Positions 31,793-39,461 of a stretch of 64,000 nucleotides of DNA are shown here, in pieces. Position 1 is the first letter of the stretch. Each line of letters opens with the position of its first letter. Position numbers and translations under genes: made by a program. The notes under the pieces were generated by a model. The model searched no databases. It was not told where the DNA came from and saw only the letters and a program-made list of their open reading frames with translations. Origin of the DNA: an uncultured Planctomycetaceae bacterium (GTDB lineage: Bacteria > Planctomycetota > Planctomycetia > Pirellulales > PALSA-1355); contig CAWAUV010000005.1 in assembly GCA_963785305.1 (NCBI GenBank), positions 256,001 to 320,000 on the forward strand, read 5' to 3'.

Positions 31793-33727
31793 GTGCGCCG
31801 GCGCGAAGCCGGAGGAGAGTCGCGAATGAAAGAGTCGCACGAGGCAAGGCCTAGCCAGCCACCTCGGCCTCGATTGATGCGTCGTGTCGGGCAACTGGCA
31901 GGGCGAAGCGTTCACAGAGGCACGGCCGGGCGGTGTATCGAGCTCCGAAAACATTCTTTTGTGGCGGCCGACCTTGTCCTGACCCCGTCGCTCGATTCAT
32001 GCGGGAAGGCAACAGTGATGTCGAACGATCATGGCGAGTCCGACGTTTCCCCCACGGAGTCCGGGACCACCCGCACGGCCGGAAACTTTTCTCGCGGAAG
32101 CCGGGAGATCCCGGGAACATCCGCTTCACCGGAAGCGGATCGGTCGGAGAAGGCGCGAGGCCACAAGTCCGACATGCACGTTCCCGGGGAGTCAGACAGT
32201 TCCATAGTACCAAAGAAGCAGGCGAACAACGACAGCGTGCCGCTGTCGGCGGAGCCCGTGGAGGGAAGGGAGCTGACCGAGGAGAACGCCGAGCAGTCGC
32301 TACTGGACCGGACACAGCGCCGGGCTCCCAGGTCGCGCGGACTGCTGGGCGTGCGAGAAGCGGCACAACGCGACAAGAAGATGCGGTTCAACAATCTGCT
32401 GAACCATGTCACGCCCGAACTGCTGGTGGCGAGTTTCTTCGACCTGAAGAAGCAAGCCGCGCCCGGCGTCGATGGCCTGACATGGGCTCAATACGCCACC
32501 GATTTCGAAACGCGGATCGACGATCCGCACAGTCGAATCCATCGGGGAGCCTATCGAGCCAGGCCGTCCAAGCGAACTTGGATTCCCAAGCTCGACGGCA
32601 AGCCGCGGCCCCTCGGGATCGCGGCGCTGGAGGACAAGATCGTCCAGCAAGCCGTACGGACGATCCTGGAGTGCATCTACGAAGAGGACTTTCTGGGTTT
32701 CAGTTACGGCTTTCGTCCTGGACGAAGCTGTCACCGAGCCTTGGACGCGCTCTACGTGGGCATCAAGAAGCGGAAAGTGAACTGGATTTTGGATGCGGAC
32801 ATCCGCGGCTTCTTCGACAACATCGACCACGCATGGTTGATGAAGTTCCTGGAGCATCGGATCGCCGACCGACGACTGCTTCGGCTGCTGAAGAAATGGC
32901 TTCGAGCCGGAGTGTCGGAAGATGGCGAATGGTCCCCGAGCACCGTGGGAACACCTCAAGGAGCGGTGATTTCGCCGCTCTATTCGAACGTGTTCTTGCA
33001 CTATGTTCTGGACCTGTGGCTGGTGGCGTGGCGGAAACGCCATGCCGTGGGCGAGGTCATCATCGTGCGCTATGCGGACGATTTCGTAGTCGGATTCCGC
33101 GAGGAGTCCGACGCGCGACGCTGCCTGGCGGCGCTCCGGGAACGCTTCACCAAATTCGGTTTGGAACCGCACCCGGAGAAGACGCGGCTGATCGAGTTCG
33201 GACGCTATGCGGCCGAACGACGATCGAAGCGTGGCGATGGCCCACCGGAGACATTCGACTTCCTGGGCTTCACCCACATCAGTGGCGTGACCCGGAAGGG
33301 CGAATTCACCATTCGCCGCATCTCATCGGCCAAGAAGTTTCGTGGCAAACTGCGCGAACTGAAAGAAGCGCTGCGCGGGAAAATGCACATGGACTTGCGC
33401 AAGTCGGGCCATGGCTATCGAGCGTTTACCGGGGATGGCTCAATTACCATGCGATTCCCGGCAACTCGGTGCGATTGCAACAATTCCGCACGGCGCTCCA
33501 GAAACTCTGGCTCCGCATGCTGCGGCGACGCAGCCAACGCGGACGCCGGATGACCTGGCGGAAGTTCTCGCAGCTTTGCAAACGATGGCTTCCCACCCCG
33601 AAAATCCTGCATCCTTATCCCGAAGTGCGGTTTGATCGTTTGTATCCAAGGTAGGAGCCGTATGCGGTAGTTCCGCACGTACGGATCTGTGCGGGGGGCG
33701 GCCCGAAAGGGCCATCCCTACCGCGAT
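31793..33727 (+). mobile_element. Group II intron copy 3
   Basis: GTGCG...CCCTACCGCGAT inserted in GGGGTCAGG^ATTCATTGATT. Confidence 0.95.
32351..33654 (+). CDS. ltrA: Intron-encoded RT/maturase, copy 3 (-1 frameshift near 33396)
   Basis: Same protein as the other copies; YADD. Confidence 0.9.
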
Positions 33728-33768
33728 ATTCATTGATTTTGCTGGCGGTTGTTGGTAGGCTGGCGGCC

Positions 33769-33893
33769 ATGCCACAACCACCACGAGCCGACGAAGCTGG
33801 CGGCGTCTACCATGCCCTGAATCGAGCGACTTCCCGGGCCAAGATATTCCGCAACGACGCGCATTACGAAGCCTTCGAGCACGTGCTCGGTGC
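33769..33893 (+). pseudogene. REP-associated tyrosine (HUH/Y1) transposase, N-terminal remnant, copy 2
   Basis: Identical to 9463-9587; ATG lies 41 bp downstream of the intron insertion point. Confidence 0.75.
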
Positions 33894-35066
33894 GTAACTG
33901 TTAAGCATTTCCTCTTTCCCGAAATTGGGTTTTCGGTCACATTGATTGGATCATGGATGATCGAGATCGACGGATCGCCGAGTTGGAAGCGGAAATCGCC
34001 CGGTTGCAGGCGGAGAACGGAACGCTGCGCAAGCGCGTCGAGCAACTCGAACAGCAAGTCCAAAAGTTTTTGCAGCGGCGCAAGAAAACCCGCTCGGCCG
34101 CCGATGCGCGGCGTGGCGAACAGGATCGCCGCCGCAAGCAGTTTCGCAAACATCCGGGCAGCTTTCGTCCAGAGCCGCCGCCCGGCCCATCGCATATCGA
34201 AATACATAGTATTCATCGAACATGACGTGCATCCGCGAGAGTGTCCGCATTGCGGCGGCCGCGATCTGACCGCCACCGGCGAGTTCGAAGACCATGAGAT
34301 GGCGGAGATTCCAGAGCCCAAGCTCGAATGGTCATCGCAATCGGGCCGTGCTCGAGCGAGCGTTGGGCACATCGTTCGCGGGCACGCTGGTCAGCGATTT
34401 TTATGCGGTCTACAACGGGCTCGACTGCCGCAAACAGCGCTGCTTGGTCCATTTGCTTCGCGAGTTGCACAAGCTGCGCGAGACGTTGCCGGCGGCGAGC
34501 GTGCGGGCCTTCATCCAGCCGTTGATCACGCTGTTTCAAGACGCGATCCGGTTGGGCCACGAGCGCAAGTCGCTCGGCAAAAAAGCTTTCAACGCGGCCC
34601 GACACGAGATTCAAAACCGTTTCGACACGTTGATGCTCGAGACGCGCGTGCGGCATCGCGAATGTTTGCGAATCTGGCGCCGGCTGTTCAAGCACTCGGA
34701 CGAATTGTTCACCTTCCTCGACGATGCGAATGTTCCGGCCGACAACAACGGAACCGAACGCGACATCCGAAGCCTGGCGGCGGCGAGGAATGATGGCGGC
34801 ACGCATCGGACCGAATGGAGCGCGGCGGCGTTCGCCCGAATCAAGAGCGTGATCGCGACCGGCGCGAAAAACGGTTTGAGCTTCGCAAGGTATGGAATCG
34901 AAGTCGTGCGCGCTAAATTGCAAGGCAAGACCCTGCCGCTGCCGATCACCAATAGCAGTTAAAACATCCGCCACGCGACCCATCCCCGGAAACCCCTCGC
35001 CCGCGATCCCCGCCAATATCGCCACCGCCCCCCCACGCCCAGGCCACGCCACGGCTTAACAGTTAC
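33894..35066 (+). mobile_element. IS66-family element, copy 3 (383-bp deletion plus net +19-bp insertion)
   Basis: Same IRs; 1173 bp. Confidence 0.9.
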
Positions 35067-35145
35067 GATTGGCAGTTCCGCATCGAAAATGCCCGCACGA
35101 AACTGAAACGCCTCTACCCACAAATCAAGACTTGATGCCGCACTA
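35067..35145 (+). pseudogene. 3' end of a second IS630-family element
   Basis: Translates DWQFRIENARTKLKRLYPQIKT*, the typical IS630 C-terminus, followed by ...GCAC|TA. Confidence 0.8.
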
Positions 35146-35149
35146 GCTT

Positions 35150-37065
35150 CTAAACCAGTATCCCTTTGAGGGCGTGGGCGGGGAGGTTTTTGGAAAAAGC
35201 GAAATCCCTCGGCGGATTTGCGGTATTCTGTGTTTTTTGCCAGTCACGAACACCACGGCCACCGAGGGATTTCGAGTGAAAGCCAAGAACCAAAGAGCGC
35301 GGGCCAAGCGTCAGAGGGCGCAGGCCAAGGGCCGAAGAACACGGGCCAAGATACGCCGACGTCTCGCCGCATGCAAGCGGCGGGTCGAGCGGCGCATCGA
35401 CAAGCACAACTGCGAGGGTTGCGAGCGCCCGATCATGCGGCCCGGCAATATCAAGTATGAGCTTGCGGAGCGCGCGCAAGGCATGGCTTATGGCGGCTTG
35501 GGCGCGATGCGGTTGCTGGTCCAAGAACTGGGGCTGGCCGAAGCGATCGATCGGCGATTGCATCTGCTCAAGGTGCATCTGCCATATCATGAGAGCGATC
35601 ATGTGCTCAACCTAGCGTTCAACGCCTTGTGCGACGGCGATTGCTTGGAAGACCTCGAACTGCGCCGCAACGACGAAGTCTATCTCGACGCGCTCGGCGC
35701 CCGGCGCGTGCCCGATCCGACCACGGCGGGCGACTTCTGCCGACGTTTCAAGCCGAGCGACGTGCGCGCGCTGCAAGAAGCTTTCCACGAAACACGACAT
35801 AAAGCTTGGGCTCGCCAGCCCGCCGAGTTCTTCGCCCAAGCCCGCATCGACATGGACGGCGTGTTCGCGCCCACCGGCGGCCAGTGCAAGGAGGGCATGG
35901 ACATCTCCCACAAGGGCGAATGGGGCTATCATCCGCTGGTCGTGTCGCTGGCCAACACGGGCGAAGTGTTCTCGATCGTCAACCGCTCGGGCAACCGGCC
36001 CAGCCACGAAGGGGCGGCGGCCGAAGTCGATCGCGCGCTGGAAGTCTGCTTCGCCGGCGGCTTTCGCAAGGTGTTGCTCCGCGGCGACACCGACTTCTCG
36101 CAGACGACGCATCTGGACCGCTGGACGGACGACCCGCGCGTGCGATTCGTGTTCGGCATGGACGCCAAGCTGAAATTGCAGCTTTTGGCCGACGACTTGA
36201 AGGACAAGGCCTGGCAACCGCTCGAGCGCGCGCCGCGTTACGCCGTGAAGACCAAACGCCGCGCGCGGCCGACCAACGTTAAAGAAGGCATCGTGCGCGA
36301 GCGGGGATTCAAGAACCTGCGGCTGGTGGGCGAAGAGGTCGCCGAGTTTGATTATCGACCCACGGCGTGCAAGAAGGTGTATCGCCTGGTGGTGGTGCGC
36401 AAGTGGATCGACGAGCACCAAGGTCAGCGGACGCTGTTTTCCAGCTATCGCTACTTCTTCTACTTGACGAACGATCGCGAGCTCACGCCGGCCGAAGTGG
36501 TGTTCGAGGCGAACGACCGCTGCGATCAAGAGAACCTGAACGCGCAGCTTAAAGGCGCGGTGCGCGCCTTGCACGCGCCGGTCGACAACTTGGTGAGCAA
36601 CTGGGCCTACATGGTGATGGTCTCGCTGGCCTGGAACCTGAAGGCGTGGTGGGCCTTGCTCTTGCCCGAGCCGCCGGGCCGCGAACAAGAAGCGCGGCGC
36701 GAGGAAAAGAAGACGGTGCTCAAGATGGAGTTCAAGACATTCCGCAACGCTTTCATTCGGATGCCATGTCAAATCGTGCGTGGCGGGCGAAGATTGATCT
36801 ATCGTTTGTTGGGTTGGAATCGCTGGCAAGTCGTGTTGTTTCGCTGGCTGGACGGCCTGCGATGTTGACGCCGATCAATTGAAGCCGGAGTCCGGACGCT
36901 CCGGTCCGCCGCCACGCCGAACCAGGAAAGCCAACCGCCAATGCCAAACAAAAACCCGCCGCCGAGAGTAGCGCGCCCGCCGGCGCCGCCCGCTCACGCC
37001 GCGCGCACCGCCGGCCACGCGAAACCGCCGCAAAACGCAACCGCGTACGCTTGTTTAAGGTCTAG
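35150..37065 (+). mobile_element. IS1380-family insertion sequence (ends approximate)
   Basis: Encloses the transposase; ends CTAAACC... and ...GGTCTAG. Confidence 0.7.
35276..36868 (+). CDS. IS1380-family DDE transposase
   Basis: PDPTTAGDFCRRF, IDMDG, GYHPL, LRGDTDF, YFFYLTND, RCDQENLNAQLK, NWAYMVM..LAWNL; GTG start inferred. Confidence 0.88.
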   Translation: MKAKNQRARAKRQRAQAKGRRTRAKIRRRLAACKRRVERRIDKHNCEGCERPIMRPGNIKYELAERAQGMAYGGLGAMRLLVQELGLAEAIDRRLHLLKVHLPYHESDHVLNLAFNALCDGDCLEDLELRRNDEVYLDALGARRVPDPTTAGDFCRRFKPSDVRALQEAFHETRHKAWARQPAEFFAQARIDMDGVFAPTGGQCKEGMDISHKGEWGYHPLVVSLANTGEVFSIVNRSGNRPSHEGAAAEVDRALEVCFAGGFRKVLLRGDTDFSQTTHLDRWTDDPRVRFVFGMDAKLKLQLLADDLKDKAWQPLERAPRYAVKTKRRARPTNVKEGIVRERGFKNLRLVGEEVAEFDYRPTACKKVYRLVVVRKWIDEHQGQRTLFSSYRYFFYLTNDRELTPAEVVFEANDRCDQENLNAQLKGAVRALHAPVDNLVSNWAYMVMVSLAWNLKAWWALLLPEPPGREQEARREEKKTVLKMEFKTFRNAFIRMPCQIVRGGRRLIYRLLGWNRWQVVLFRWLDGLRC

Positions 37066-37091
37066 CCGAACTTAATCCAGCTCATCGGGAA

Positions 37092-37325
37092 ATGGCTTAT
37101 CAATTTGCGCAGGAGTGCATCGACGGCTTCACCAGAGAACTACTTCGCTTGCTTGCTAACAGCGGATTCGATTTACCCTTAAATGACCAAAATGCTGTTC
37201 GCTTCCGGCTAGTTATGGAACTTTGCGATGGCCGCACAGGTGATGTTATTGTTGAAGAAGTCCTGAATCGGGGCGGTAGGCATTTCCCGGATTATTGGGC
37301 ACGGTGGTTAAATCGCTATTCGGCG
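37092..37325 (+). pseudogene. Low-GC ORF fragment ending at junction site S6
   Basis: MAYQFAQECIDGFTRELL...; reading frame runs into the site; function unknown. Confidence 0.35.
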
Positions 37326-37346
37326 GAACAATCCAAAGGGGTCAGG

Positions 37347-39265
37347 GTGCGCCGGCGCGAAGCCGGAGGAGAGTAGCGAATGAAAGAGTCGCACGAGGCA
37401 AGGCCTAGCCAGCCACCTCGGCCTCGAGTGATGCGTCGTGTCGGGCAACTGGCAGGGCGAAGCGTTCACAGAGGCACGGCCGGGCGGTGTATCGAGCTCC
37501 GAAAACATTCTTTTGTGGCGGCCGACCTTGTCCTGACAAAGGGAAGGCAACAGTGATGTCGAACGATCATGGCGAGTCCGACGTCTCCCCCACGGAGTCC
37601 GGGACCACCCGCACGGCCGGAAACTTTTCTCGCGGAAGCCGGGAGATCCCGGGAACATCCGCTTCGCTTGAAGCGGATCGGTCGGAGAAGGCGCGAGGCC
37701 ACAAGTCCGACATGCACGTTCCCGGGGAGTCAGACAGTTCCATAGTACCAAAGAAGCAGGCGAACAACGACAGCGTGCCGCTGTCGGCGGAGCCCGTGGA
37801 GGGAAGGGAGCTGACCGAGGAGAACGCCGAGCAGTCGCTACTGGACCGGACACACGCCGGGCTCCCAGGTCGCGCGGACTGCTGGGCGTGCGAGAAGCGG
37901 CACAACGCGACAAGAAGATGCGGTTCAACAATCTGCTGAACCATGTCACGCCCGAACTGCTGGTGGCGAGTTTCTTCGACCTGAAGAAGCAAGCCGCGCC
38001 CGGCGTCGATGGCCTGACATGGGCTCAATACGCCACCGATTTCGAAACGCGGATCGACGATCCGCACAGTCGAATCCATCGGGGAGCCTATCGAGCCAGG
38101 CCGTCCAAGCGAACTTGGATTCCCAAGCTCGACGGCAAGCCGCGGCCCCTCGGGATCGCGGCGCTGGAGGACAAGATCGTCCAGCAAGCCGTACGGACGA
38201 TCCTGGAGTGCATCTACGAAGAGGACTTTCTGGGTTTCAGTTACGGCTTTCGTCCTGGACGAAGCTGTCACCGAGCCTTGGACGCGCTCTACGTGGGCAT
38301 CAAGAAGCGGAAAGTGAACTGGATTTTGGATGCGGACATCCGCGGCTTCTTCGACAACATCGACCACGCATGGTTGATGAAGTTCCTGGAGCATCGGATC
38401 GCCGACCGACGACTGCTTCGGCTGCTGAAGAAATGGCTTCGAGCCGGAGTGTCGGAAGATGGCGAATGGTCCCCGAGCACCGTGGGAACACCTCAAGGAG
38501 CGGTGATTTCGCCGCTCTATTCGAACGTGTTCTTGCACTATGTTCTGGACCTGTGGCTGGTGGCGTGGCGGAAACGCCATGCCGTGGGCGAGGTCATCAT
38601 CGTGCGCTATGCGGATGATTTCGTAGTCGGATTCCGCGAGGAGTCCGACGCGCGACGCTGCCTGGCGGCGCTCCGGGAACGCTTCACCAAATTCGGTTTG
38701 GAACCGCACCCGGAGAAGACGCGGCTGATCGAGTTCGGACGCTATGCGGCCGAACGACGATCGAAGCGTGGCGATGGCCCACCGGAGACATTCGACTTCC
38801 TGGGCTTCACCCACATCAGTGGCGTGACCCGGAAGGGCGAATTCACCATTCGCCGCATCTCATCGGCCAAGAAGTTTCGTGGCAAACTGCGCGAACTGAA
38901 AGAAGCGCTGCGCGGGAAAATGCACATGGACTTGGCGCAAGTCGGGCCATGGCTATCGAGCGTTTACCGGGGATGGCTCAATTACCATGCGATTCCCGGC
39001 AACTCGGTGCGATTGCAACAATTCCGCACGGCGCTCCAGAAACTCTGGCTCCGCATGCTGCGGCGACGCAGCCAACGCGGACGCCGGATGACCTGGCGGA
39101 AGTTCTCGCAGCTTTGCAAACGATGGCTTCCCACCCCGAAAATCCTGCATCCTTATCCCGAAGTGCGGTTTGGTCGTTTGTATCCAAGGTAGGAGCCGTA
39201 TGCGGTAGTTCCGCACGTACGGATCTGTGCGGGGGGTGGCCCGAAAGGGCCATCCCTACCGCGAT
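37347..39265 (+). mobile_element. Group II intron copy 4 (intact EBS1 stem-loop)
   Basis: 1919 bp; GCCGACCTT-GTCCTGACA-AAGGGAAGGC at 37521-37548. Confidence 0.95.
37888..39192 (+). CDS. ltrA: Intron-encoded RT/maturase, copy 4
   Basis: Open 434-aa ORF with YADD, but carries DDPH and GLEPH Leu-to-Pro changes relative to copy 2. Confidence 0.92.
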   Translation: MREAAQRDKKMRFNNLLNHVTPELLVASFFDLKKQAAPGVDGLTWAQYATDFETRIDDPHSRIHRGAYRARPSKRTWIPKLDGKPRPLGIAALEDKIVQQAVRTILECIYEEDFLGFSYGFRPGRSCHRALDALYVGIKKRKVNWILDADIRGFFDNIDHAWLMKFLEHRIADRRLLRLLKKWLRAGVSEDGEWSPSTVGTPQGAVISPLYSNVFLHYVLDLWLVAWRKRHAVGEVIIVRYADDFVVGFREESDARRCLAALRERFTKFGLEPHPEKTRLIEFGRYAAERRSKRGDGPPETFDFLGFTHISGVTRKGEFTIRRISSAKKFRGKLRELKEALRGKMHMDLAQVGPWLSSVYRGWLNYHAIPGNSVRLQQFRTALQKLWLRMLRRRSQRGRRMTWRKFSQLCKRWLPTPKILHPYPEVRFGRLYPR

Positions 39266-39302
39266 ACTCATTGATTGTTCTGGCAGGTGCGGAGGGGTCA
39301 GG

Positions 39303-39461
39303 GCGCCGCGGCCGAAGCCGGGGAGAGTCGCGAATGAAAGCGTCGCACGAGGTAAGGCTTAGCCTGGCGTCTCGGCCCCGAGTGATGCGTCGTGTCGGGC
39401 AACCGGCAAGGCGGAGCGTTCACAGGTGCACGGCCGGGCTGTGTATTGAGCTCCGAAAACA
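39303..39461 (+). pseudogene. 5' fragment of a second, diverged group II intron
   Basis: Colinear with the intron 5' end (GAGAGTCGCGAATGAAAG...GAGCTCCGAAAAC) but with many substitutions; follows AGGGGTCAGG; fused to Rhs sequence. Confidence 0.85.

Noticed and set aside
7728..35145. The two IS630 pieces as halves of one element split by the island
   Set aside because: Their terminal sequences differ after TAGTG (TTCCAAG vs CGGCATC), and both abut the same end of different IS66-like copies.
9629..39265. RTs as DGR, retron or CRISPR-associated RTs diversifying the toxins
   Set aside because: Each RT lies within complete group II intron ends (GTGCG, domains V and VI); no template/variable repeat pair with adenine-specific changes was seen.
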